A stretch of 64,000 nt of DNA from an uncultured Actinomycetes bacterium (GCA_963721435.1 CAVRJC010000012.1:215488-279487), one strand, 5' to 3'. Positions 1-8,832 are shown, counted from the stretch's first letter. Made by a program: numbers and translations. Notes: generated by a model from the sequence alone, not told the origin.

Positions 1-696
1 GTCGTCGGTGGCGCCGACGGCGCGATCGCGATGGTGCGCGACATCACCGACCGCCTCGAGTCGGAGCGGCTGCTCCACGAAGCTGCCCAGGCGCTCCAAC
101 TCCTCGAAGACCGCGAGCGCATCGCGCGCGACCTTCACGATCTCGTGATCCAACGACTGTTCGCGGCCGGGATGGCCCTGCAAGCAACGATCTCGCGGCT
201 CGACGACCATGACACCGCGGAGCGCGTGAGCCGGGTCGTCGACGACCTCGACGACACGATCGGCCAGCTCCGCACGGTGATCTTCGGGCTCCAGGATCGA
301 CGCACGGAGCACTCGAGCGTCAGGAGCTCCGCGCTCGAGATCGTGGCCGAGGAGCGCGCCGCGCTGGGGTTCGAGCCGCGGATCCGGTTCGACGGCCCGG
401 TCGACTCCATCGGCGCTCCGATCGCCGAGCAGGTGCTCGCGGTGCTGCGCGAGGCCCTCTCGAACGTGGCCCGCCATGCACACGCGACCGAGGTCGACAT
501 CCACCTCGCCGCCGACGCGCACGCGATCACGCTCCGGGTCGCCGACAACGGCATCGGCGTTGCGGGCATCCCGGGAACCGGGAACGGGCTCCGCAACGCC
601 GTCGACCGTGCGGTTGCGCTGGGAGGGACCTGCGTCGTCAAACCTGCCCCGACCGGGGGGACCCACTTCGAGTGGAGCGTCGTGCCGACCAGCTGA
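1..696 (+). CDS. sensor histidine kinase, C-terminal part (5' end outside window); HisKA_3 + HATPase_c, NarL-partner (DevS/DosT-like) type
   Basis: Frame open from nt 1. H-box ERERIARDLHDLVIQRLFAAGMAL is typical of HisKA_3 kinases. ATPase boxes LSNVARHAHA, DNGIGV, GNGLRN. TGA at 694-696. Confidence 0.88.
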   Translation, partial: VVGGADGAIAMVRDITDRLESERLLHEAAQALQLLEDRERIARDLHDLVIQRLFAAGMALQATISRLDDHDTAERVSRVVDDLDDTIGQLRTVIFGLQDRRTEHSSVRSSALEIVAEERAALGFEPRIRFDGPVDSIGAPIAEQVLAVLREALSNVARHAHATEVDIHLAADAHAITLRVADNGIGVAGIPGTGNGLRNAVDRAVALGGTCVVKPAPTGGTHFEWSVVPTS

Positions 697-717
697 CGCA
701 CTCCCGTGCGAGACCTC

Positions 718-731
718 GGGACCTTGTGCCC
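718..731 (+). promoter_or_regulatory. DevR/DosR-like box 1 (GGGACCTTGTGCCC) with leaderless-type promoter of the PPOX-like gene
   Basis: Imperfect palindrome followed by 23 nt, TTGAAT (755-760), 6 nt, ATG 767. The same geometry occurs at three other sites in this window. Confidence 0.6.
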
Positions 732-766
732 TTCCCCGGTTCCGCACCACGGCGTTGAATGAACGA

Positions 767-1160
767 ATGAGCGCCGAGCGGCTTCGCGATTTGTCGGAGG
801 AGGAATGCCGCGCGCTTCTCGAGACGTCCGAGATCGGCCGGGTCGGCGTGAGCGTCCGGGCACTGCCCGCGATCATCCCGGTCCGTTACGCGATATTGGA
901 CGATCACGTCGTGTTCAGGACCTCCGGCGACACCCTCCTGGCCAAGGTCGTCGCGGACGCAATCGTCGCGTTCGAAGCCGACGCCGTCGACCGCGACGAT
1001 CTGCATGGCTGGAGTGTCCTCGTGGTGGGACGGGCCGAGTTGATCGAGCTCGAGCAGATTCGACGCGGCTCCGTTGCTGCCATGGGCCACGTCGACGGAC
1101 GACGCGTTCGTCCGCATCGCCACCGACACAATCTCCGGGCGCACATTCGCGTCGCCGTGA
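767..1160 (+). CDS. pyridoxamine 5'-phosphate oxidase (PPOX)-family flavin/deazaflavin-binding protein, apparent +1 frameshift near 1056-1066
   Basis: ATG 767. N-terminus LSEEECRALLETSEIGRVGV..PVRYAILDDHVVFRT is in one frame. The family-typical C-terminus PLLPWATSTDDAFVRIATDTISGRTFASP* is in the next frame, ending TGA 1158-1160. Track ORF 476..3292 is a read-through artefact. Confidence 0.72.
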
Positions 1161-3292
1161 CCGATGACGCGCGCGAGCACGCGGCGGTCGCTCGTTCGGT
1201 CGCGCGCCTCCTGGCGCCGTCTTCGATCGCCGTGGTCGGCGTGAGTCGAGGGGAGGGATCGATCGGACGAGGGGTCCTCACCAATCTCCTTGCCGGCCGC
1301 TTCACGGGCGCCCTGTACGCAGTGAACCCCCACGCATCCGAGATCGACGGCGTCGAGACCTTCCCCGGCGTGGTCGACATCCCGGGGCCGGTCGATCTGG
1401 CGGTGATCGCGGTCCCGGCGCACGGCGTGCTCGACGTCATCCGGCAGTGCGCGGAGAAGGGGGTGCACGGCATCGTCGTCATCTCGGGCGGCTTCGCCGA
1501 GCTCGCCGGCGGCAAGCTGCTCCAGGATCAGATCGTGGCCGTCGCCCGCGAGCACGGCATGCGGATCGTGGGCCCGAACTGTGTCGGCGTGGTCAATACG
1601 AGCCCGGCAGTGGCGATGAACGCGACATTCTCACCGGTCGCACCCGAACCAGGCCGTCTCGGTTTCGCGTCGCAGTCAGGGGGGATCGGGATCGAGCTGC
1701 TCGCGCGGGCTCACGCGTACGGGCTCGGTGTGTCGACGTTCGTCTCGCTCGGCAACAAGGCCGACGTCTCGGGCAACGACCTCTTGCAGTACTGGTCCGA
1801 AGATCCCGACACCGACGTCATCCTCCTGTACCTGGAATCGTTCGGAAACCCCGGCAAGTTCTCGCAGCTGGCCCGCGACATCTCGCTTCGCAAACCGATC
1901 ATCGCGATGAAGAGCGGGCGGACGATGGCGGGCGCACGCGGCGCGCGGTCACACACCGCGGCCCTTGCCGACGTCGACGTCGCCGTCGACGAGCTCCTCC
2001 ATCACACCGGCGTCATCCGAGTCGACACCCTCGAAGAGCTGTTCGACACCGCGTCCCTGCTGGCGCACCAACCAGTGCCCGGCGGGACGCGCGTCGCGAT
2101 CATGAGCAACGGCGGTGGGCCCGGGATCCTCGCGGCCGATGCCTGTGTCGCGGCAGGCCTCGATGTACCGGAGCTGTCGAGCGCGGTCCAGCGCCGCCTC
2201 GCCGCGATCGCGCCACCCGGCGCCGGGGTCCAGAACCCCGTCGACCTGATCGCATCGGCCGGAGCCGAGGTCTTCCGCGCCGGCGCCGAGATCCTCCTCC
2301 AGTGCGACGAGGTCGACGCACTGCTCGTGATCTACGTGTCTCCGCTCGTGACCCGGCCCGAGGACGTCGCGACCGCGCTGCTCGACGTGGCGCGCACGGA
2401 CCACGGCAAGCCGATCGCGGCCTGCTTCCTCGGGCTCGACCATCCCGCGGGCATGCTCGGCGACCGAGCTCCCAGCCCCACCGTGCCGACGTTCGCGTTC
2501 CCCGAATCGGCGGCGCGCGCGCTGGGCCGGGCGGCCCGCCTCGGCGTGTGGCGCCGCCGTCCCGCGGGGATCGTGCCCGCGCTCGAGGGCATCGATGTGG
2601 CTCACGCCCGCGCGATCGTCGCGTCGACCCTCGACTCCCATCCCGAGGGCACGTGGGCCCGGCAGGACGCGGCCACCGAGATCCTGACCGCCTTCGGCAT
2701 CCCCGTGATCAGCACCGAAGCGGCCGACACGCCCGACGCCGCGGTGGCTGCCGCCGAGCGCATCGGATACCCGGTCGCGCTCAAGGCCGCCTCCCCGGCA
2801 CTGGTGCACAAGACGGACGTCGGCGGCGTCCGTCTCGGGCTCCGGACCGGCGAAGAAGTGCGCGACGCGTTCGCGACGATGCTCGGCACGCTCGGAGACA
2901 CGATGGCTGGCGCGAACCTGCAGGCCATGGCCGACCCGGGGGTCGAGCTCATCATCGGCGTCACGCGCGACCCTCAGTTCGGCCCGCTCGTGGTGTTCGG
3001 GATGGGCGGGGTGGCCGCAGAGCTGCAACGCGACACGGCCTTGCGGCTCCCTCCACTCACCGATGTGGACGTCCACGAGATGCTCGGGTCGCTGCGGGGC
3101 TCCCCGCTGCTCTTCGGCTACCGCGGATCGCTGCCAGTCGACACCGAGGGCCTCGCCGACGTGCTCACTCGGGTGAGCCAGCTCGCCGAGGCGCTGCCCG
3201 AGCTCGTCGAACTCGACTGCAATCCCGTGATCGCCTCACCAAGTGGCGCGGTCGTCGTCGACGTCAAGCTGCGCCTGGAGCCCGCTTCATGA
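1157..3292 (+). CDS. ADP-forming acetyl/acyl-CoA synthetase family protein (CoA-binding, succinyl-CoA-synthetase-like and ATP-grasp domains)
   Basis: GTG 1157 overlaps the PPOX stop (GTGA). Motifs SIAVVGVSRGEGSIGRGVLTNL, IVGPNCVGVVNT, GNKADVSGNDLLQYW. C-terminal ATP-grasp GYPVALKAASPALVHKTDVGGVRLGL. Confidence 0.87.
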   Translation: MTDDAREHAAVARSVARLLAPSSIAVVGVSRGEGSIGRGVLTNLLAGRFTGALYAVNPHASEIDGVETFPGVVDIPGPVDLAVIAVPAHGVLDVIRQCAEKGVHGIVVISGGFAELAGGKLLQDQIVAVAREHGMRIVGPNCVGVVNTSPAVAMNATFSPVAPEPGRLGFASQSGGIGIELLARAHAYGLGVSTFVSLGNKADVSGNDLLQYWSEDPDTDVILLYLESFGNPGKFSQLARDISLRKPIIAMKSGRTMAGARGARSHTAALADVDVAVDELLHHTGVIRVDTLEELFDTASLLAHQPVPGGTRVAIMSNGGGPGILAADACVAAGLDVPELSSAVQRRLAAIAPPGAGVQNPVDLIASAGAEVFRAGAEILLQCDEVDALLVIYVSPLVTRPEDVATALLDVARTDHGKPIAACFLGLDHPAGMLGDRAPSPTVPTFAFPESAARALGRAARLGVWRRRPAGIVPALEGIDVAHARAIVASTLDSHPEGTWARQDAATEILTAFGIPVISTEAADTPDAAVAAAERIGYPVALKAASPALVHKTDVGGVRLGLRTGEEVRDAFATMLGTLGDTMAGANLQAMADPGVELIIGVTRDPQFGPLVVFGMGGVAAELQRDTALRLPPLTDVDVHEMLGSLRGSPLLFGYRGSLPVDTEGLADVLTRVSQLAEALPELVELDCNPVIASPSGAVVVDVKLRLEPAS

Positions 3293-4612
3293 GGGCCGGC
3301 TCCCATTCAGCACCGGGAGCCGCTGCCGCCCCATGTGGGTGAGGAACCAGTCACGGGCGAGATCGGCGACCTGCTCGAGCGCACCCGCTTCTTCGAACAG
3401 ATGGGTTGCGCCGCCAACCACGTCGAGCTGGTGCTCGCAGCGCAGCTGCGCGGCTGCGTCTTCGTTGAGCCGCAGCACCGTGCGGTCCTCGCCACCGACG
3501 ATCAGGAGAGTCGGCGCGACCACCGCCGCGAGCCTCGCCCCCGCGAGATCCGGTCGTCCGCCACGTGAGACGATCGCATCCACGAGTGGCTCCTCGGCCG
3601 CGGCCCACAACGCTGCGCCCGCACCGGTGCTGGCCCCGAAGTAGCCGATCGGGAGCTCGGCGGTGGCGGGCTGCGACCGCAGCCAACGAGTCGCCGCGAG
3701 GAGCCGGACCGCGAGCAGCTCGATGTCGAACACGTTCGCACGGTCGACGGCCTCCTCGGGCATGAGCAGATCGAAGAGCAACGTGCCGAGTCCCGCAGTC
3801 CGGAGATAGCGCGCGACCTGCACGTTGCGGGGGCTGTGCCGGCTGCTGCCACTGCCGTGGGCGAAGATCACGATCCCGCGTGCGGCGGTCGGGATCACGA
3901 GATGCCCGGGAAGGCGCAACGGCCCGGCCGAGACGACGACGTCGTGATCGTGCGGGAACGTCGCCGAGCCGATGCTGACGCGGCTCGCGTCGAGCAGCCG
4001 ACACACCTCTTCGTCGGTCGTCTGCGAGAAGTCGTCGTACCAGGGCCCGATGGCGAAGAACGGGCTCGGTGTGTCGAGCACCACGACCTCGTCCGCCTCG
4101 CGCGCCATCTCCTCGACGACCTCCGGAGGCGCGACGGGGGCCGCGAGCACCACTCGGCGCGCACCGTGGGCCCGCGCGATCTGCAGGGCTGCACGCGCGG
4201 TGCTCCCGGTCGCGATGCCATCGTCGACGATCAGGACGGTACGACCCTCGAGCGCGACCATCGGCGCGTCACCACGGTAGCGGCGCGCCCGACGGCTGAC
4301 CTCCAACCGTTCGCGTGCTTCCGCCTCCACGATCTCGCGTGGCTCGATCCTCGTGGCCTTGATCACGTCGTCGTTCAGCACGCGCGCGCCGCCCTCGCCG
4401 ATGGCACCCATCGCCAACTCGGGCTGGAACGGCACCCCGAGCTTGCGCACGATCATCACGTCGAGGGGCGCATGCAGCGCGCGCGCGATCGCGGCGGCCA
4501 CGGGCACTCCGCCGCGCGGGAGTGCCAAGACGACCGGTTGCTCGTCGCGCAGGGACTCGAGCTTCACCGCGAGCAGCTCCCCGGCCTCACTCCGGTTCCG
4601 GAATCGTGCCAT
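3287..4612 (-). CDS. phosphoribosyltransferase domain fused to dienelactone-hydrolase-like alpha/beta hydrolase (Rv0571c-like architecture)
   Basis: ATG 4612 preceded by GGAGG. PRTase loop VLIVDDGIATGSTA. C-terminal half VIFAHGSGSSRHSPRN..GASTGAGAAL..VGGEDR. Confidence 0.85.
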   Translation of the reverse strand: MARFRNRSEAGELLAVKLESLRDEQPVVLALPRGGVPVAAAIARALHAPLDVMIVRKLGVPFQPELAMGAIGEGGARVLNDDVIKATRIEPREIVEAEARERLEVSRRARRYRGDAPMVALEGRTVLIVDDGIATGSTARAALQIARAHGARRVVLAAPVAPPEVVEEMAREADEVVVLDTPSPFFAIGPWYDDFSQTTDEEVCRLLDASRVSIGSATFPHDHDVVVSAGPLRLPGHLVIPTAARGIVIFAHGSGSSRHSPRNVQVARYLRTAGLGTLLFDLLMPEEAVDRANVFDIELLAVRLLAATRWLRSQPATAELPIGYFGASTGAGAALWAAAEEPLVDAIVSRGGRPDLAGARLAAVVAPTLLIVGGEDRTVLRLNEDAAAQLRCEHQLDVVGGATHLFEEAGALEQVADLARDWFLTHMGRQRLPVLNGSRPS

Positions 4613-4680
4613 CGTCCGACCTCCTCGCACGCACATCGGCGGACTCCCACCATCCTCGACCCGTCCAAGTGGGCGCGACA

Positions 4681-4694
4681 GGGGCAGAGGTCCC
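4681..4694 (-). promoter_or_regulatory. DevR/DosR-like box 2 (reverse complement GGGACCTCTGCCCC) upstream of the PRTase-hydrolase gene
   Basis: On the minus strand the box is followed by 23 nt, GAGGAT (4652-4657), 6 nt, and a predicted TSS at 4645. A 33-nt leader with GGAGG then precedes ATG 4612. Confidence 0.5.
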
Positions 4695-4757
4695 ATTCTC
4701 CGCGCTTGCCCGCTCCCTGCGGCCGTCGGGCCAGCGACCCCGGTAGCATCTCGCCTC

Positions 4758-5432
4758 ATGGCCGACGGCCCGATCCGGGTGTTCCTCCTCGACGATCACG
4801 AGGTCGTGCGCCGGGGGGTGCGCGAGCTCCTCGAAGCCGAGGACGACATCGAAGTGGTCGGGGAGGCCGACACCGCGGAGCAGGCGATCAACCGGATCCC
4901 TCCGACCCGCCCCGATGTCGCCCTGCTCGACGTGCGGCTTCCCGACGGCGACGGCGTCGAGGTGTGCCGGGAGATCCGTTCGCACCATCCCGAGGTCGCC
5001 TGCCTCATGCTCACGTCGTTCTCCGACGACGAAGCGCTGCTCCAGGCGATCGTCGCCGGCGCGTCCGGCTACCTCCTCAAGCAGATCCGCGGCACCGACA
5101 TCGTCGACGCAGTACGACGCGCGTCCCGGGGCGAATCGCTGATCGACCCGGCGCTCGCCGACCGCGTGCGCGAGCGATTGCGCACGCCACCCGCCGAGGA
5201 CGAGCGGATCGCCCGCCTGACCGGGCAGGAGCGGCGCATCCTCGTGCTCATCGCCGACGGCCTGACGAACCGCCAGATCGCGGCGGAGATCCATCTCGCC
5301 GAGAAGACGGTGAAGAACTACGTGTCGAACCTGCTCGCCAAGCTCGGGATGGAACGCCGCACCCAGGCCGCGGTGTTCGCGGCGCGCCTCGCGTCCGACG
5401 CGGCGACGGCACCCGACGCTCCCGCCGACTGA
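4758..5432 (+). CDS. NarL/LuxR-family response regulator (DevR/DosR-like)
   Basis: Receiver domain IRVFLLDDHEVVRRGVRELL..DVALLDVRLPDGDG. HTH LTGQERRILVLIADGLTNRQIAAEIHLAEKTVKNYVSNLLAKLG. Confidence 0.93.
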   Translation: MADGPIRVFLLDDHEVVRRGVRELLEAEDDIEVVGEADTAEQAINRIPPTRPDVALLDVRLPDGDGVEVCREIRSHHPEVACLMLTSFSDDEALLQAIVAGASGYLLKQIRGTDIVDAVRRASRGESLIDPALADRVRERLRTPPAEDERIARLTGQERRILVLIADGLTNRQIAAEIHLAEKTVKNYVSNLLAKLGMERRTQAAVFAARLASDAATAPDAPAD

Positions 5433-5442
5433 CCCGTCGACC

Positions 5443-6258
5443 TCAGCCCTCCGCCGCGCACTCCGGCCCGACCACGAGTACCGGGCACGGGGCATGACGC
5501 ACCGTCCGCATCGACACACTCCCCAGCGCAGCACGGGAGACTCCGGAGCGCCCGTGGCTCCCGACCGCGATGATCGCCGCGCCGCCCTCGCGGACGGCCC
5601 GGATGAGCATGTCCGCGGCGTCATACCCGTCGACGATCTCGTAGTCCGTCGTGACGCCGTGGGCGGTCAGCTCGGCCGCCAACGACTCGAGACCGCCGAC
5701 GTGTGGCTCGTGCGCGCGGCCGGTGACGACGACGTCGCTCGGGCGCACGACCTCGAGGAGGTGAACGCGCCCTCCGGTGGATCGCGCGAGCTCACCGGCC
5801 GCGAGCGCGGCTCGTCGCGCGGGCTCCGACCCGTCGACGCCCACGAGCACCGTCGGTGCGGGGCTCAGTCCCCACGCCGGGTCGAGCTCGGGCCCGACCA
5901 CCATGACGGGCGTCGGGCTGTGACGCACGACGTGCTCAGCGACACTCCCGAGCACGGCACCGGCCAACGCCCCGCGGCCGTGCGTGGCCATGCACACCAG
6001 GGCATCCGGTGCCTCGGCCGCGAGGAGCACGGCTTCGGCGGGGTCTCCTTCGGGCACCAACCACGTGCGAGCGGGCCGCGCGAGGCACGCCACCTGCGCA
6101 TCGAGGTACCGGCGCGGTGCGTCCGGGCTGCCATCGCCCCAGGGCGCGCCGACCAGGACGAGGGCGGCACCCGTGCGGTCGGCGACGGCGACAGCCGGCC
6201 CGAGCGCGGTCTGCGCCCGCTCCGAGCCGTCGAGCGGCACGTACACCGTCTTGGTCAT
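5443..6258 (-). CDS. universal stress protein, tandem UspA domains
   Basis: Two Usp repeats with ATP-type motifs MATHGRGALAGAVLGSVAEHVVRHSPTPVMVV and VGSHGRSGVSRAALGSVSMRTVRHAPCPVLVV. ATG 6258 overlaps the upstream stop (ATGA). Confidence 0.9.
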   Translation of the reverse strand: MTKTVYVPLDGSERAQTALGPAVAVADRTGAALVLVGAPWGDGSPDAPRRYLDAQVACLARPARTWLVPEGDPAEAVLLAAEAPDALVCMATHGRGALAGAVLGSVAEHVVRHSPTPVMVVGPELDPAWGLSPAPTVLVGVDGSEPARRAALAAGELARSTGGRVHLLEVVRPSDVVVTGRAHEPHVGGLESLAAELTAHGVTTDYEIVDGYDAADMLIRAVREGGAAIIAVGSHGRSGVSRAALGSVSMRTVRHAPCPVLVVGPECAAEG

Positions 6259-7394
6259 CGCCGTCCTCGGCGGACTCGGGCCTTCTCTTCACGGGCCAGT
6301 CGCGTCATGAGCTGCTCGACCTCCTCGACGCGCAGGATCCCGACCACCTCGGGACCGTCCAGGACCGCGAGCGCGCGCGCCGGTGCAGCCGTCACGGACA
6401 GGAGGCATGCCTCGAGACCATCCGTGGCAGCAAGCACCGGCGCGTCGCGCTCGACGAGCTCGGCCGCCGTACCTGCCTGCGAGCCGAGCCCGACCACATC
6501 GACGTCGACGGAGTCGGCCTCGAGCAGGCCTTCGTACCCTCGGGGACCGACGACGGGGAACACCCGTTGGCTGCTCCGCCGAACCAGCTCACGGAGCTGG
6601 TCGAGATCGGCATCCACATCCACGACGCGCGGCTCGAGCAGCATCGCGTCCGCGACGCGGCGACCCTGCAGGCGAACGTGCACGATGGTCGCCGCTTCCT
6701 CCGCGGCCGCGCCGAAGTAGACGAAGACACCGATGATGACGAGCCAGACATCCCAGAACAGCCCCACCACGATGAAGGCCACGGAGACCCAGCGACCGAC
6801 GCGGGCCGCGACGTGCGTCGCCTGCTCGAGATCGAGGCGGCGCTCGAGGAGCGAGCGCAGCACCCGGCCCCCGTCGAGCGGGAACGCGGGCAGCAGGTTG
6901 AACGCGGCGACGAGCAGGTTGAACCAGAAGAGCCCGACCAGGATCGAGCCGCCGAGGAAGTCGATGGGGAGCAACGGCAGCGACAGCGCCCACGCCAGCA
7001 CCCCCGCCACGACTGCGATCCCGACACTCGCCGCGGGCCCGGCGATCGCCATCGCGAACTCGTCTCGGGGGTCCTCGGGCAGCTGCTCCAGCTTCGAGAC
7101 GCCGCCGATCGGGAGCAGCTCGATCTCGTGGACGACGGCACCACGTGGCCGTCCCACCAGGCAGTGCGCGAACTCGTGCACGAGCACGCACGCGAAGATC
7201 ACGACGAGCCACGCGACGCCGGCCAGCGCGCCCGACCCACCGGGCGCAGCGCCCGCGAGCGCGAACAGGGGGACGAGCAGGAAGAACGTGATGTGCACCC
7301 GGATCTCGATGCCCGCGATGCGCCCGATCCGGAACGAGTGTGGGATCACGTGTGGGTGACCCCGGCCCACCGAGGTCGCTCCGTTCGGCGTCAT
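6255..7394 (-). CDS. site-2-protease family (M50) zinc metalloprotease with C-terminal CBS pair (Rv2625c-like)
   Basis: HEFAHCL zinc motif, NLLPAFPLDGGR, CBS-like C-terminal half. ATG 7394 preferred over the 7493 ORF start because of the box/-10 geometry. Confidence 0.85.
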   Translation of the reverse strand: MTPNGATSVGRGHPHVIPHSFRIGRIAGIEIRVHITFFLLVPLFALAGAAPGGSGALAGVAWLVVIFACVLVHEFAHCLVGRPRGAVVHEIELLPIGGVSKLEQLPEDPRDEFAMAIAGPAASVGIAVVAGVLAWALSLPLLPIDFLGGSILVGLFWFNLLVAAFNLLPAFPLDGGRVLRSLLERRLDLEQATHVAARVGRWVSVAFIVVGLFWDVWLVIIGVFVYFGAAAEEAATIVHVRLQGRRVADAMLLEPRVVDVDADLDQLRELVRRSSQRVFPVVGPRGYEGLLEADSVDVDVVGLGSQAGTAAELVERDAPVLAATDGLEACLLSVTAAPARALAVLDGPEVVGILRVEEVEQLMTRLAREEKARVRRGRR

Positions 7395-7429
7395 GACCAG
7401 ATCCTGACCGTTCGTGGTCGCCACGCATA

Positions 7430-7443
7430 GGGGCCAAGGTCCC
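7430..7443. promoter_or_regulatory. DevR/DosR-like box 3 (GGGGCCAAGGTCCC) shared by divergent promoters
   Basis: Minus side: 23 nt, CAGGAT (rc of 7401-7406), 6 nt, ATG 7394. Plus side: 22 nt, CAGGAT (7466-7471), 6 nt, GTG 7478. Confidence 0.6.
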
Positions 7444-7477
7444 GTTCGCACAACGGATTCGGCGGCAGGATGACCCG

Positions 7478-8782
7478 GTGACCGATTCGCCAACCGGCCC
7501 GTACCACCCGAAGACGGCCAGCCGAGCCGGTCAGGCCCGTCTGCTCGGGTTGTGGGACGCCACCGCGATGGGCGTCGGCGGGATGATCGGCGGTGGGATC
7601 TTCAGCGTTCTCGGCGTCGCGATCACGCTCGCGGGCAACCTCGCGTTCGCGTGCTTCGTCCTCGGGGCACTGCTGGCCGCGGGTACCGCGTGGTCGTACG
7701 CGGGCGTGACCGCCCGGACCGGGCGCTCCGGCGGCCCGTTCGTGCAGCTCCGCGAGCAGGGGCACCCGGAGCTTGCGGGTTGGCTGCTGTGGCTGCTCGT
7801 CTTCGGCTACATGGTCGCGATGGCGGTGTACTCGTTCACGTTCGGGCGGTACGCGGCCGCCGCCTTCGGCGTCGACACCGCCGGAGCTCGGCTCCTGTCG
7901 ATCGGCATCGTCCTCGTGTTCCTGCTCGTGAACCTGCGCGGCATCCGGGTCTCGAGCCTCACCGAGGACGCGATCGTGCTCACCAAGCTCGTGATCCTCG
8001 CCGGCGTCGCCGCGATCGGCATCGGGCAGTTCGCGTCGAGCCGCTTGTCGCCGCTCGCCGACCGCGGTGTCGGCGGCCTGTTCCTCGGGGCGGCGACGGT
8101 GTTCTTCGCCTACGAAGGCTTCGAGCTCATCTCCTACGACCACGACGACATCCGCGACCCGGAGCGCACCGTCGGTCGGGCGCTCCTGCTCTCCGTCGGG
8201 ATCGTCGCCGTCATCTACATCTCCGTCACGCTCGGCGCACAGATGCTCGTGAGCAAGCACGACATCGTGGCCAGCAAGGAGATCGCATTCGCCGTAGTCG
8301 GCGAAGCGGCCCTGGGTTCGTTCGGCCGGTGGGCCGCGATCGCCGGTGCAGTGCTCGCGACCGGCTCGGCCATCAACGCGACGTTGTTCTCCACCGCCCG
8401 GCTCGTCCGCGACGCGAGCGCGTCCGGCGAGCTCCCGGCCGCGCTCGGCCGGGAGAAGCGCGGTCTGCCCATCGCGGCGCTCGCGGCGATCGCGCTGGCG
8501 GGCGCGAGCATGGCCATGCTGCCGGGCATCACCGAGGTGATCGCGTTCGGCTCGGGCGCGTTCCTGGCCGTCTACACGCTCGTCAACTTCCTGCAGGCCC
8601 GCACCGCGCCCCGCCGTGTCCAACGCGCCGTCGCCTGGGCCAGCGCGGGCGGTGCCGCGGCCGCGATCGGCGTCCTCGTCGTCGAGCTCGCGCGTGACGA
8701 CGAGCGCGGCCTCGTGATCCTCGTGGCCCTGACCGCGTCGTTGGCGGTCGCCCGCCTGCTGTTCGTCCGGCACCGGTCCTGA
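7478..8782 (+). CDS. APC-superfamily amino acid/polyamine permease
   Basis: GTG 7478. LLGLWDATAMGVGGMIGGGIFSVLG signature. About 12 hydrophobic segments. Confidence 0.87.
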   Translation: MTDSPTGPYHPKTASRAGQARLLGLWDATAMGVGGMIGGGIFSVLGVAITLAGNLAFACFVLGALLAAGTAWSYAGVTARTGRSGGPFVQLREQGHPELAGWLLWLLVFGYMVAMAVYSFTFGRYAAAAFGVDTAGARLLSIGIVLVFLLVNLRGIRVSSLTEDAIVLTKLVILAGVAAIGIGQFASSRLSPLADRGVGGLFLGAATVFFAYEGFELISYDHDDIRDPERTVGRALLLSVGIVAVIYISVTLGAQMLVSKHDIVASKEIAFAVVGEAALGSFGRWAAIAGAVLATGSAINATLFSTARLVRDASASGELPAALGREKRGLPIAALAAIALAGASMAMLPGITEVIAFGSGAFLAVYTLVNFLQARTAPRRVQRAVAWASAGGAAAAIGVLVVELARDDERGLVILVALTASLAVARLLFVRHRS

Positions 8783-8783
8783 C

Positions 8784-8797
8784 GGGACCTTCGCCCC
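8784..8797 (+). promoter_or_regulatory. DevR/DosR-like box 4 (GGGACCTTCGCCCC) with leaderless-type promoter of the second USP gene
   Basis: Followed by 23 nt, CAGAAT (8821-8826), 6 nt, ATG 8833. Starts 2 nt after the permease stop. Confidence 0.6.
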
Positions 8798-8832
8798 TAC
8801 ACGATGCTCGGCGCGTCGACCAGAATGACGTC

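Noticed and set aside
476-3292. 938-aa ORF suggesting a kinase-overlapping PPOX / acyl-CoA synthetase fusion protein
   Set aside because: The first ~97 codons overlap the kinase gene in another frame and are Arg/Pro/Ser-rich. The PPOX C-terminus is in the neighbouring frame and ends at 1160. The synthetase has its own GTG at 1157.
4695-4757. Box 2 as a promoter element for the response-regulator gene itself (autoregulation)
   Set aside because: In the plus direction the conserved 22-23 nt spacing leads to TGCGGC, which is not a -10-like hexamer. The best -10 (TAGCAT 4744-4749) puts the box centre near -69. Distal activation is possible but not supported by the shared geometry.
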